The position numbers and the translations under genes were made by a program. Under the pieces are notes generated by a model. The model saw nothing but the letters and a program-made list of their open reading frames with translations. It was not told where the DNA came from and did no database searches. Positions 1-13,965 of a stretch of 64,000 nt of DNA are shown here, piece by piece. The DNA comes from Balanoglossus misakiensis (taxonomy: Eukaryota > Animalia > Hemichordata): contig CM082580.2 of NCBI GenBank assembly GCA_040954595.2, positions 14,000,242-14,064,241 of the forward strand, given 5' to 3'. Within the stretch, counting starts at the first letter, position 1; each line of letters opens with the position of its first letter.

Positions 1-18
1 ACATTTTGAGATAATTAC

Positions 19-3000
19 CTTGTTTTTGAATTCCTCATCCTTAACATCTGGTAGATTGATCATAACATTGTAGTAAGCTCCCCATAAAGCTGTTTCCAAT
101 GCACGTGCTCCGACCTATCATGAGATTGAAAGTCAGCAATCTTGTTAGATGGGTGCTATCACATCTCAGCATGTCTCTTCATGTGTGTACTACAAACTTT
201 ACATCTTGCACCTGCAGAGGCTACACATATACAATAGTATGTGCTTTCCTACCTGTACATCTGACCTGCATTGTATATTTCCCTTGACTGCCAATTCTTT
301 CATGGAGGGCCAGCATTTGTTTGTAGTCACAGCTACATGCATGGGCACAGCCACGGCTGTCTTCAGTGAGGATTGCATACACTGTTCTCGACTACGTGGA
401 AAAGACAACACATGAGAAATGTTCAGTGACAAAGGTTTTCAAATTATTATCTTTCCTGGTCCTCCTACCCCAACCACATACAGTCCTTTGAGCCTTCAGC
501 TCCTGGAGTCTGAAGGTTTTCAAGTGGTTGTACTTGCATATTACATTTCACTCAAAATCAATCAACAGAACATTTGTTTCTATGCATGCCACACTCAATA
601 GGCCTATACTCACACAAGCATTTCTTCATCTGATTTCTTTGGTAATTTACAAGCAGCCTGTAAGTCAATCAGAATATCATCCATAGATTAGTGTTATCTC
701 CCCCTTCTCTATACAGTGGTGACCTTCCTTGTTATGTTTACAGGTCATAGTCTATAAACTTTGTAGTCTAGTTATTACTGCATATATACAGAGCTTGCTT
801 CTCATCTCAGGTTTCTGGTTGTGAACCCAATCACCAAGTGCAGCGTTGTGAGCTTGGCTGGGTGTGTTGAATTCACTCACCATATACTGGTTGAAAGCTG
901 TGGTGTCTGCATCCACCATGGGGATCAACTCATGCATGGCTTGGTGCAATGGAGGAATGAGTTTTCTCATCTCTTCTTCCAAGGGATGGAATTTCTTGTT
1001 ACCGTATGTCATCCAGCCGACCATGCTTCCAAGTGCTGCACCCTGTGTGTTGGACAAAGGTTCTTTATGTGTGTTGTATCTGGTGATAGTCAACCTTTGT
1101 ATAAGAATGTGCTTGTACAAGCAGATCTCATTGTCCCCAGATCATGTTTTTTCACTGTGTTGGAGTGGCCTCGACAAACTCTGCGCTGTGATTTGACAAC
1201 TTACCATTGACCCAATGGCTGCAGCTGCAGAGCCTCCACCAGGTGCTGATGACCTCGCCCCAATGTTCAGAACAAATGATTTGACACTCATTGACACCAA
1301 TGGACCATCACTGTCATCACGGATCATGTACCTGACAAATACACAATGGACAGCAGTGATTGTCTGGCAATAGATGTTGTGTGACTCTCTGCCTTTAGTC
1401 AACAGTCAGGAAGTCAGACTTTGGTTGTATGTTTATTTTGATGCAACTGTAACTACTGGTGGAAAACCCCTCTTTGTCTGTGTCTGTGTGTATTCAAAAT
1501 CTGGGTTTCATCATTGAACTTTGACCTGTCCATACTTACTCTATAATTCTCTCTTTAGGGTTGAATGAACCAAGCGAACCAAGTCCAAGTCTGTTGACAA
1601 CCTGTCAGAATAGGAGTAACAATAATGATATGAGCAACAGGTGAATAACTGATAGGAATGAGGGATCCTCATGTGACATTTTTGCAGGATTATTGATATT
1701 TGGAACTCTTACCAGTCTGATTTTCTGGTCTTCTTCCAGAATGAAGAGATTTTCTTTTTCACAGTAATAGTCTGCAGCCATCATTATGGCTTTCAGTGGC
1801 ACCAAACCGACCACCTGGGAACCACACACAGCCCAGTTGAGTTCCTGCTCAATGAAATATGAACAAGAGAGATCTCGAGTTAATTAGGAAACTCAGAAGT
1901 GAGGAACACAAAGAAAACATTATATACCACACTCACAACAATCTTCAGGACAACCACCACTAAGTAACACGCACTACACTCACACCCACTCCCTTCAAGA
2001 TGACCCCCCCCCCCCAATCCTCCCCCTCCTGTACATCACACACACCACCATAATGTAGACCTACACTGGCATCTTTGCTGACTTCTTCAAATACAGTGTG
2101 CATGGGGGTCACTTCAAAATCTGTCAAATTGGTCGACACCTGGGCCAGATTAGCTTCTTCCAGATACCAGCCAATGGCCTGTACATTCTTCAGTCGTCCA
2201 AGCTGAGAAAAAAGGCCAGGAAAAATCTTGAATATTTTAAATATAAACCTGGTACAGATGGTAGAAAAGAGGCGAGCTTTAGTGCATTTAAAAGAGTGGT
2301 CAAATGTTCCCATAATACTAATAGGTGTACTCTTGGGATTCGTATCAGTAGTAGGCATGTACATGTGTAGTGTCACATAGACAGGTTTTGATGACGCTTT
2401 CCAAGTGTCATCTTTCCCACCTCCTCTGGTCCTCTTCCTTGTTCCCGGACATTCAGAGCAATCCGGTGTGCCTGTTCCTTTGTGGAAAGCAGATTCACGT
2501 TGAACGCAATCAGGAATTTCCTTGCTCCAGTGACAGTGGCACCCCATGTTGGCACAAATTCCGCTGGTCCAAAGTCCGGCTTCCATTCGGGTTTTTGAAG
2601 CTGTATAAAAGAAATTACAATTGAATAATTCCTCCAGACATGCCTATCAACAATTGCAAAATAAATGCCAATACAACAAATTTGTACTTTCAGGGTTCAT
2701 TTTTTAGTACACATTACATGTATTTAGATTTACTTGGTATTTTTACCTTTTCTGGCAAAGCTTCATACTCTCCAACTCTGATCTGTGGCAGGGTTTTCCT
2801 GGACTCCTCAGTGGCAGCAAAACCATAAAGGTAAACTGTGGAAAAACCATAAAATGTTGAGGAATAAGATGATACCTGGTACCTATTGCACATTATAACT
2901 TTAATCAAGACAGGTGTGACTTCAGTCTGTATAGTGGAACCTTATTTAAAATGCCACAGGTTCCAAGAACACATTTTTGACAGCCGAAGTCAGACATACC

Positions 3001-4115
3001 TGGTACACCCAACTCTCCAGCCAGTCTCTCACCAAACTCCTTGGCACATGCCACACAGTCATCCATGGTGACTCCTCTGACAGGGATGAATGGACACACA
3101 TCCAAGGCACCCATACGTGGGTGTTCTCCTGATTACCATAAAAATCAAAACAAAATAAAAGTCATCAGTTGTATGTGCAATGCAACAGTGCTTTACATCA
3201 CATCCCCTTCTTGACAGTGTCACCCCAACAGCAACAGCTCAGTAAGGTGTATATAGCTTACAATAATAGTTTTTATGATTTTAGTGTTGAGCTGGTTTAT
3301 ATTTTTCACTGGTAGTGTTGACTTACCAGTGTGTCTTGTCATGTCAATGGTCTGATAGGCCACCCTGGCTCCATTCAGTGCACCTTCCACAACTGTGTCT
3401 GGACTTCCAACAAAAGTGTACACAGTCCGGTTTGTAGACAGGCCTGGGTCAACATCCAGCAAAGACACTCCCTCTGTGCTGCCAATGGCATTGGCTATGG
3501 CTTCTATCACCTAAGCAAATTGTAGTCGTACAAGACATACGCGTATATGAAAAAAATCAGCCCTGCACAACCCTTATGTAAAGTGGTTGCAGCGCGCAGC
3601 GTTACGTTCGGTTGTCATGGCAACACGCGTATTTGTTGATGGACGAGTTAGAGCATTTCCAAGACACGCACACCCACACTCATAATCATATTGTGTTGTT
3701 GAACTGTCAAAATCAAACTTTGAACAAGAATCAGTCACGATTGTGTTCTGCAGACCGCAGTGTCATGTTGGCAGAAAGTAAAAACAACAGTCAGTATGCA
3801 TTTGTTGGAAGGTGGGCCCTGGGAGGCTTGCATGGAGGATTGGCTTACGAAGCAGACAAACTGCTATGATCTGAAATCAAAGTGGAACTGAGGCCGAGAC
3901 AGACTATATATAGCATGCAGATTCCACAGTGAAGTCGGACAAATCAATGAACATGATTGTATCGCACTGCTGGGCTGAGCTGGCCTGATCCGCCATTCGA
4001 TGTTGACAAAACTTGCCAAATAACTCCAAAGGGTTGACTCTGATTTTAAGCAAAGGCTTACCTCTTTACTCTGACCTTCAGAGAAATTTGGCACGCACTC
4101 CACGATCCTCGCCAT
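19..4115 (-). CDS. FTCD: Formimidoyltransferase-cyclodeaminase, 13 coding exons in window, 3'-partial
   Basis: Exons read on - strand, all GT-AG with consistent phases: 4115-4062, 3510-3327, 3128-3000, 2835-2747, 2600-2421, 2202-2065, 1844-1713, 1601-1540, 1331-1205, 1042-881, 657-614, 391-253, 114-19. Translation has FTCD motifs [90 protein letters not shown]. No stop is reached; a donor at 18-17 leads out of the window. Confidence 0.97.
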
Positions 4116-4374
4116 TTTCGATTCTATGCAATTTGCAGCTTTTCCAGAATCGTCCCGATCAACCGTTGACGACTTGAACTCAGGTGAACCGAGATGGACG
4201 ATGCGCAGAACGTCACCGGTTTACGTATTTACGTCATCGATAAATGTTTATATGACGTACTCCGCACCCGCCGTCTGTCAGGAAATGGTTCATCGCTGGC
4301 ACAAGTGTATTTCTCAGAAAATCGACGCATTTTGACGCGATTGCAGTCGTTTTAGCAGTACCGAACGACATAAA
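4116..4374. promoter_or_regulatory. CpG-rich bidirectional promoter and 5'UTRs shared by FTCD and ZMYND11
   Basis: Lies between the FTCD ATG (4115, -) and a consensus + strand donor AAA|GTAAGT at 4375. CpG-dense against depleted flanks. CRE-like half-sites ACGTCA (~4210, ~4231) and TGACGT (~4253), ETS-like CAGGAAAT (~4279), and YY1-type AAAATGGCG overlapping the FTCD start codon. Confidence 0.65.
4270..4374 (+). other. ZMYND11: Probable non-coding first exon of ZMYND11 (5' boundary approximate)
   Basis: Strong donor GTAAGT at 4375 inside the CpG island. The first coding exon begins at an acceptor (ttgtttcttgacag|G, 7655) only 10 nt before the ATG, so an upstream UTR exon is needed. Confidence 0.5.
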
Positions 4375-7300
4375 GTAAGTATGTAAACGCCGAACAAAGT
4401 ATTCAAAAATGTTATTTTGCCTAGATCTTTTCCGATCGCGGAAAACTTGACCGTCACCCCGTGGTTTTCCGTCTGCATAAACAGAACGTAGTCGTAGCTA
4501 GTGCAAGGTCGCTATTGTATACACGGCTGGCTTTGTTCAATTTTAGCGTTTTAGGAAAAATCAAGCGATCTTTATACTCGGATCGTTCATTCCTTGTGAT
4601 CGGGTTTGTGTACTTGTCTACATTTTACCCGTGGCACAAACCTTTGAGGTGATGTCACCAACCACACACGTAAAATGCAAATGGGGTTTTAGTGCCCGCC
4701 GAATGCACGTTTCAGGTATGCATAATAATTCACACGTACGTCTCACTCGCTCGGTGATCATGTACGTTGCGTTCCAGCGATTCCACTTCTAACGGAATCA
4801 TTTACCGCATCATAAATCGGTGACGCATAGAATACAAAAATCACAAATCAGATAATTCTTGTCGAAAAGCCGATACCCTGTATCCCAATGGAAATGCGAC
4901 AAAAATCAGCGTCGATTTTCCCCGAGATTCCAGTTCTACATCTCTCTCTGTTTACTGTTCATGGTGATTTCATAAACAAATATGTATTACGGCAGGTACA
5001 TGTAAACTCGCGCTGATAATAGTTCACTGGGGCGCGGACCACCTGATTATTACAGTACATGTATATGTAATCAGTCTATTCCGTTCGCATATATTTAACA
5101 TTGCATTGATGAACATCATGTACATGAGTGCATTTACAATACATGCGGTTGATCAGAATGTTTAACAGCCCCAAGGCCTGGTCCTTGACAGTCGCTGACC
5201 TCCATAACATGTTAAAGCCTTCATTCTCCCAAGGTTAACAAACGGTGACCACATAGGAAGAGTGCTGTAGTTTTTCCACATCCTGTTGTTACGGGCATGT
5301 TTTAGAGGCAAATTATTTTTATAACCATCCCAAAGGTTTATTTATCAGGAATTAACATTCAAAAAGCTGGGTTTATAATGAGGCATTCGCAATATCTATA
5401 CGAATGGCTATGTTTCTAAACCCCATAGAAACAGACATCATATTAATGAGCTCCTTTTAGGTGCCTTAGTTCCTCTTGCTTGCATGTTTGTGCAAATTGG
5501 CCAATGGCCAGTGTCACAAGTGAATAATAATAAAATCTACCTGTCCTGAAATCTTAGATACATGTACATGCCCATATCTTGGCACTAATGATGGTATAGG
5601 AGCAACAGGCCTTTGAGGGGAAGGACTTTGCCAGATCCTCACACGTACTAAGAGGTCAACAGATAAAACTGAAGTATTGTAAATTACAAACAATTTAATG
5701 TCTGCCTTGGATTGTACTTCAGCATACAAATGGCGAACTTCGACCATTGCATTCACTGACATACATGTTTGCTGACCAGTAAAAATTGTCTGTAGCCATA
5801 TCATTCCCTTGACTGTTTTTGTTGGGGTCAGGGAGACATAAACAGTCAAGGAAGAAACAAACTCATACTCTGCAGTAATCAGTGTCTATCAATACACCTG
5901 TAAGTGTTATATAATTGTTTAAACCACGAAACTTGTTATAATAGTAATAATAATAAATACATGTAGACGTAAATATTATATTAATACATTGTAGTAGCAT
6001 TAATGCATATAAAATGCAAGGGAGACTAGCCTAATTAACACAAAAAGTACCTGCTCAGGGAATGTAGGATGTGATCTGCCCATTAAAAGAAGTTTGCTGG
6101 TAGATGTAAATGTACATTGTAGGTGTAATCCATCATGCATGTGTTCTAAATTTAAAGTACACTCAAATTTTGCCTGTGAGGTTTGTGACATTATATTTTT
6201 TTAATTGCAGATTTCTTGGAAAGATGCATTCCCTGTGTAATATTAAAAGTCTAACACTGCTGATGACAAAGAAATGCAGTCAGATCAGTTTATTTGTAGG
6301 AATATGTTGTTTTATTTTTTAAATTCCAAAAATACAGATGTATCACCTCTCATGTTATATTCATGATGAGCGTCCAAATGTTTACTTATTTTTCATCCGT
6401 CTGGTAGTGGTACAATAGATGAATTACCATATGTATATGTGCAGCTTGCCAGAAATAGCATATTAATAGTTTTGTGCTCTGTTAAATTTTACACAAAAGC
6501 AATATGATGAGCTGACCCTTGTTGCTTGTGCAATTTACATGTGAGACCAGCAGGGTGGTTTTCTTGTCATACTGAAAATGACTGAAAGAAATTAATATTG
6601 GATGGTAATGCCCCAGGATTACGTTCACGTAAGTGATATTTAGAAAAGGGATGTCATGTCATGTCAATACTGATGCAGTTGTGTTGGTTATTTCGGATCA
6701 TACATGCCAACCAGACACAAAATATAAAATTATTCCTATTTCCTGCAGTCAAATAAATATGTAAAAAGCATGGATGTCAAGAGATTGAAAGAGGTCACGA
6801 ACAACCAACAAGCATATGTGAAATTCTGGCGGAAATTAAAAATCCTATTTAGTAGATTAATGACATTGTTATATTGTATTTAAATGCAAATTGACAGATA
6901 CAAAAATGGGGCCGGGAAGACCATTGTGAAAGCAATATATGGTGGACAAAGACTTGAAGAGCCTAAAATAGTAAAAACTCGTGGCTAACAGTGTAGGTGT
7001 CAGTCCAGTTTTCACCTTGCTTTTTGTTGATGTCAAAGCAGGAATACTCTGATGATTTTGATCTGTTCTTGCCCATTACGTGCAGTTAATAATTGCTGTA
7101 ATTTACAGTCCCTTTAAGAACAGCGAGACCATTGCCATGGCAACCAATCATCATCCATTTAAGACCACCTGAAGACAGGGAGGAGCATTTTCCCAAGAGA
7201 GAGATTACCAACAGCTCTAGCAACAGTGTGTGATCAAATTGAGTGCTTTACGCAGAATAGCTTCGGTGGAAAAAACGTCATTCAAATATGATTAAGAAAA

Positions 7301-7664
7301 AATCGAGGTGAAATATACGTGTACCACAAGGCGGATTTACATCATCAAATTTTACTATAGGCTCAGATTTTAAAGCCTCAGGAGGGACATCTTTTTGTAT
7401 TTCTTTTTTCGGCATGAGTACAGGTTAATATTCCCCAGTACAAGATGGCATCTCTGCATACAATATTCATGTCACATGTAAAACCTAGAGAGTACACCAT
7501 CCATTAGACAACATCTTTTTCTAGGGAATTTTGAAGGGTACAGTGCAGCTCTCCTGTTTTTTCCTTTCAGAGGGATTCTTTATCCAATTTACTCACCAAA
7601 TTACAAGAATTATACTGCACATTATAATCTTTTCTGTTTCTTGTTTCTTGACAGGAAGTACAGT

Positions 7665-10600
7665 ATGCCACGTGTGGTGAAAAGACGCCAAGCCAACCCC
7701 TTGGTGATACAGCAATTGTGGGAAGCCATTGGCGTGGTCAGAGAACAGAAGCAAATTGCCAACTTGGAGAGGATCACCAAATACATGTCAAGAGAGTATG
7801 ATTTCAATCCGAAGGAGACACAGAGACAGCTCGGCTATGGAGTCAAGGATGGATTGATCATCCGGGAAATATCCAAAGGAAACAAAGGTTCCAAGATTGG
7901 GGTGGAGCAGGAGGGATATTGGTGTGTGGAACAGCCGGAAATACCGGTACGTACATGGTACCTACAATTCACAGCCTTATATCTCTTAAACTAGCACATC
8001 TGACAGTTGAATGTTAGTTACCCTTTGTCTCAAAACAACAAAATATTGCAAAGATATAATAAAGTGAAAATGCTATTATAAAATAAATGTTTATGTTTTT
8101 CATTCACCAGTTAGAGGAAGATCATGACTGGTACTGTACCGAATGCCACAAACCAGGTGACATCATCCGTTGCCATGGTTGCTTTCGTGTTGCTCATCCA
8201 AGATGTCTGGAAAAGAAGGAGACACCCCCACCAGAGCATGGCCACTGGTATTGTTCTGTTTGCACGGTGAGTTCAGTTAGAATGGCTAGGTGCCATCTGT
8301 TGGTCTGTAAGAGAGATATGTGTACATGTGTTGGGGGTTGCAGTAATTTCCTCTCTGAATCAATTTTTTTTCTGTCCAGGGTTGAGAGTGAGACAGTTGC
8401 TTTGTTCAGTTGCTTTTAATTTAATTTCTCCTTGTACATTGTACGCATTATATCTACCTTCATTTTAGCTCCACGTACAGCATGTGCGTACATCATCATG
8501 TAAGTATGATTCAAACATAGAGATGGTTTGACTATGATGATCTTTTTTTTTTGTAAACTTGGTGGACGCTTTCTTGACAGGCATGTCGAAAAAAGAATCC
8601 TCAAATCGGAAGATCAGAGGTCAACAAGCTACTTGGTTTTGCCTTGATGCGTATGAAGGAGAAGGTGAGATGCAGTCACTCAGTAAGTGCAGAGAAACTA
8701 CAATTTACATGTCAAAACCTACGCCATCTTTTGACGATGTTATTTTGGTTGTTTATTTCTTGTGTTTTGTCTTCTGGAAATGTGCTGTGAATTTAATATG
8801 TGAATTACACAAACAATGCAAGAGTGGTGATCCATTGACAATTCAGAACATTTCAATATTAATTGTTACAAAATCAATGAAAGCTCATATACATAGTACG
8901 TGTACATGTAACAACCAACATAACATCAAAAAGATGGTGGCTTTTTAGCAGTTGCAGCTGTTATGTATTTGTGTATAATTTCAGATGAGGCACTGGTATA
9001 GAATAGTTGAAACCCATTGAAATACCCATATTCCTATGAATGCCCTCACCCATGCATATTTATCTGTACCCCTATCACATTACTAATCTCACCTCTATTT
9101 TCTATAGAACACTGCAGTAGTCTACGTGAGACATTATATGATGATGCATATTTGAACATACATTTCAAAAAGAAATGAAATGATGTTACTTTTCACTGTT
9201 TAGAAAGCTTTAGAATAACCACAAATTACCATGCGTCTTGTGGAAAGATTGTGTTTCAGTTGACAATGAAAATAGCTGTAGTGTTAAAATGCTACATATA
9301 ATTCTACAGAGTGAAAAAAGATACCAGTGTTTCATCCTTATATTGTAAGAAGATTGTATGCATGGCATTCATGTGGCTTTTGACATCACAATTGTGTATT
9401 CCCTGTAACTGGTACTGTTGATTATGTAGACCATGAACTGTAAATTTTCATTACAGGGATTCATGATTTCTACACAATTTCTTTCACTGTGTGGGATATG
9501 ATGATTGCTATTTCCCTAAAAGAAATTATGCACAAACTGCATAGAATGGACTAAATTTGTTATCTGGGTGTTATCACATGGTCGCTCTCAGTGATAAATG
9601 TTTCAGTGTTGTGGATGATGTGTTTTCTTGCAGGCTCGAGAATTGTACAAGAAGCTGAACCTGAAGGACACTCCTTATTTCTTTTCCTTGGTTCACACAA
9701 ACATGGACCTCAGCACAATGCAACAGGTGAGAAATCTGGTCATTCAAACATCATATTGAATGGATGAAATGGAGAAGGTGGTAATGTTTAAGACAGTCAC
9801 TTGAACTCTAAGACAATCTCATTTTCTTTTGAAGTAAATACACACACAGACTGCATGTACTTGCTAATTTTCACAATAGATGTCAGTCGTTAATCTATCA
9901 CAACTTATATCATCACTGGCTCTGTCATTTTCACCTCCTTTCAGAAAGTAGATGACAATAAATACCGTTGCTTAGAAGATTTTGAGGGTGATGCAGCGTT
10001 GATGCTTCACAATAATATTGTTTATTACGGAGCAGAGAGCGAGAGAGTTGAACTTTGTGACATGGTGGTTGAGGATGGCCGACATGATGTGAGTTTTGCA
10101 CTTGCCAATTAATTGCATTCGTCAAAGTTTATTTCAACATTTCTACCCTTTGGTGTTAGATTAAATTTAACTCAACCATGGACGTAAAACGGCCGTTGAA
10201 TTCTGTTTTGCAGCTCCAAGAGATCAGAATCTGCAAGGATTGTTACAAGATGTCAAACTGTCGAACCACAAAAGACTGGTTTTGCAGACCGTGTGTAAGT
10301 ATACCCTGTTGATAAAATCATAGCCAGATCTACATGTTGTGTGCAGTGATCTGTTCGGATAAATATATGGTTGAAATTTCTTGATGTGAGACAACAGCTG
10401 TAGACATCATGAAAAGAAAGTTAGCTCTTTGCCTTACTAAGACTTGCTCATAAATTTACAGTATCATTTGTTTGTTTGTTTTACCCACAGTCCATTCCTC
10501 ATGAACTAGTGTGGGCACAGATGAAAGGATTTGGTTTCTGGCCGGCCAAGATTATACAACGAAAAGAGGACCAAGTAGATGTACGTTTTTTTGGTGGGCT

Positions 10601-12371
10601 GCATCAAAGGTAATTGCGTGTTGATAATCTAACAACAGAAAGTAAAATACCCAAAAGTATTCATTTAACAATACAGGATCATTTTAATGTCATATTACAC
10701 TATGATATAGATATCACGCAAACCTGATGAGGGACAGCATACAGTTGTTTATGCTTTGATGAAAATATTCAGGTAAATATACTATGAGAATTTTCACTGT
10801 TTTTGAAGAGTCACATTTTTCCTGCTTCTTTGTTGCAGGGCCTGGCTGGCAGAAGCCAATGTCAAAGACATTGACACAGACATTAAACAGCTCAGAATCA
10901 AAGCCACACCTGGTTGGCATAGTGCTTGCAAAGAACTCAAGCGACATCAAACACTCCTGGCCAACATGAAGGAGAAACCTTCCAAGCCAGAAAAGATAGA
11001 GACGTCCGAAAAACCACACAAATCGCGCAAAAGCAGAAAAAGGTCCAGGGATGCGGAGGACACAGAGCAAGACGATGCTGTTTCTAGTTCGAATGGAGAC
11101 CAGCAAGTCAAAATTCAAGTGAGTCCGATTTGAGAAGTTTGAAGACTTTGACACTCTGCACACACACAACAATAGACAGACTGACACAACTGAACATTTT
11201 TACATGTAATGGGCTGTTTCGTTCTCTTCTCACACTTCAGTATCAATAACAAAAGCTCAGAGATTATGACGAGGCAGGAATCTGCATGTGTATTTCCATA
11301 GTAACATTTTGCTATCTTTCCACACCAAACAGGCAGATAATGTGACTTCAAGCCAAGACTCCAATCATGGATCACCAGCCATCAGTACTGAAAGCTCACC
11401 TGCTAAAAGAGTAAGCAATAAAACCATATTGATATTCTTCCATGCTTGCACAACTTAAAGGCCCATAACTATTCCACCACAAGAAACAAGGTTAACTTCA
11501 GGTAAAGTTTGACCACATCATCTCTACTGCTTCACATCCACATGCAGCAGTCGATTTAACCACCTCTTCGTTGTTTTCCAGCGAAAAAGTACAACCACTG
11601 CGAACAGCTGCAGCAGTGAATCCCCACCGACTCCTGCCAAGTGCGACTGCCACGAGAAGTACAGCACCATCTTTGCCGACTTCAAAGCAAGACTTGAACA
11701 GGACTACCAGAAGGAGAAGGAAGAGGCCATCACAGAAGCTCTGGAAAAGGTAAGGAGGTTTGAACCCTTTCACCCCCCCCCCCCCCATTTCTCTGTATAA
11801 AGGTCCAGCATTGCTATAGAAAACCAAAGAGTTGGACAAAACCATGGTGGTTGAAAGGGTTAAGCAACTTTTCAGTCTGAATGACAGATTTGAAATCATT
11901 CATTATTTTCACAGCTGAGGGCTGAAATGGAGAGTGACAAACAACAAACAATATCACGAGTGAAGGACACCATGATGGCAGAGATTGACAGGACCAAAAA
12001 ACAGACACGGGAGAAGTGCCAGGAAGAATTTGAAGAGGAGATGAAGAAACTGGAAGCCAAAAACAAAGAAGAGTTGTCGCAGACTAAAAAGAGGCAATGG
12101 GTAAGTGAAGCAGTTTCCAAGAAAAAGATTTAAATATCAAGTGATAATAACACATGTTGGTAAAAACTAAATAATTACATCCGTCATGGACATGTAATTT
12201 TTCCTGGAGTGTTTTCCCAATTTTGTTTATTCCGTTTGATATCCGTAGTGTATCAACTGTGAAGAAGAAGCCATGTATCACTGCTGTTGGAACACTTCCT
12301 ACTGCAGCATCAACTGCCAACAGATTCACTGGCACAAAGAACACAAGAAACTCTGTCGACGAAAGAGATGA
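7665..12371 (+). CDS. ZMYND11: Zinc finger MYND domain-containing protein 11 (BS69): winged helix, PHD, bromo, ZnF, PWWP, coiled coil, MYND; ~597 aa
   Basis: Exons 7665-7946, 8111-8266, 8581-8664, 9634-9726, 9945-10088, 10214-10294, 10491-10609, 10839-11118, 11333-11410, 11582-11749, 11915-12100, 12249-12371; 1794 nt, GT-AG, in frame, TGA at 12369-12371. Motifs: [17 protein letters not shown]...[12 protein letters not shown]; [31 protein letters not shown]; bromo [11 protein letters not shown]; [28 protein letters not shown]; [50 protein letters not shown]. Confidence 0.96.
11765..11859. mobile_element. Short non-autonomous TTAA-targeting (piggyBac-like) MITE, copy 1, in a ZMYND11 intron
   Basis: TGAA-CCCTTTCACCCCC...ACCATGGTGGTTGAAAGGG-TTAA: imperfect terminal inverted repeats, right TTAA intact, left degenerate. 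Colinear similarity to 14513-14597. Confidence 0.6.
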
Positions 12372-13965
12372 ATCCATGGAAACATCATGTAGCAGCTAGA
12401 GGTTAAAGATCAATGTGGTTTTTTAACTGGCAGAGTCAATATCAAAGTTTTCACACAATCATAACTCAGAAGTATGGTTAGTGACAGGTGCAAAATGATG
12501 TTTCATGCAAATTTCTTTGAACTTTCAACTTTTCATGTTAAACCTTTGAACTTTGACCCAACAACAGTGGCAGCAAGGAGTGGTGATTTGCGCCAGGTTT
12601 TACTGATGCTACAAACGACTGTGTTGCCCTCGTTTTTCAAGTCTTACCTTGAAAATGGGTTTATGTTTCATACACAGAGATTAAATCAGACTCTAACCAT
12701 TAAACAAACTCATTCAATTTCATCAAATCTTTTTCCGCAAAACTGTTCCACATTAGCTACCACTTTCAACTGCCACGTTCAGTTTAAAAAGTTTAAGACA
12801 GAGTATGACTTTTTATACGCTATTTATGCATTATTTAAATTTCTGCTAACATCACGTAAATTTGCTATGAAAACAATTTAAACATCCACTCTTTTCTGTT
12901 TTTCTAGTTTTATGGTAGCTACCTTTTGAAAAGACATTGTTTTCTTAAAAGAACAGGCTTCCAATTCAAATTGTTATTTATATATATCTGTGTTTCGTGT
13001 GTTCAAACTCTTTTCACATTCATCTGGTAGTTAGTTCGTTTTTACTACATTTTTTCCTGGTCTGTGGTTACCATTGTTACTCATTGAATGTACATTTATA
13101 GTTCCCACCCTCATTTACCCACTTTGAAGTCCAACTTCCCTACTATATAGAGGTGGGTCAGACCAACATGGAATGAGGAGGGGTGCAGCATGGTTCTAAT
13201 GACCATTCACTCCATCTAGGGAGAAACATATGTTAACTGTTGGTTTGTGTCTTGTTTAGTCCAGTGGTAGATGGTCAAGAGAATGAAGGTCAGGGTGAAC
13301 TTCACTCTGGAGGCCAAGAAGCATTTAATGTCCAAGAATAGATGAGGAAAGGTCACGTAGCCAGGTCGTTGACCTTGAAGTTCGTTCAAAGTTTGTTTAA
13401 CTACTCGTTAGACTGATTCATCAGTGTATGGTGTCAAAAGACTCAGATATGTGTATTTTTCTATAATAATATATTGAAAACAAGATATCCCAAAATTCCC
13501 CCCTTGCCATTGCTTATGGAAACAACATTTGGCTTTTTGTAATTCCAAAATCCAGTTGGTTTTTTTTTGCAGCTGTAGCCCATCTCTGGGTAGGTGTTCG
13601 CCCAAACATCCGAGGATAAAAAAATATTTTTGCATGCATCACACAGAGACCACTTATCAAACAGCTGGTGTAGCCAAAATTTTATCCTTATCTCCCCTAT
13701 ATTTTTTTTATATAAAACATGGCATAGTCCTGACTTTTGCTGCTGATTTTGAGAATTTGATTATACATAGTGTGTATCCCGTTTTACAAGAAACCCAATA
13801 GATAATGAATCAAAACACCATTCTGCATTAAATTCCAAGAAGACAATAAGCTCATTTCAAACTTGTGGGCGATCAACACAAGATTTCAAGATGATTATAA
13901 AACATTGATTATTAAAGCGTTCTTCATCATCGCAGTCTTTGGTAATCGTGGTTCAGATTGATGGA

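Noticed and set aside
2004-2030. C-rich run (G-rich on the FTCD sense strand) after the exon 6 donor; possible G-quadruplex or splicing enhancer
   Set aside because: Simple homopolymer-type tract with nothing else supporting function.
1960-2586. 208-aa ORF on the - strand
   Set aside because: Chance read-through combining an off-frame part of FTCD exon 5, intron sequence and in-frame exon 6; not a separate gene.
11330-11337. Tandem acceptor CAG-GCAG in ZMYND11
   Set aside because: The distal AG shifts the frame by 4 nt and gives a near-immediate stop; no evidence it is used.
10714-12377. Several - strand ORFs of 64-157 aa
   Set aside because: Antisense shadows of ZMYND11 exons with no recognisable domains.
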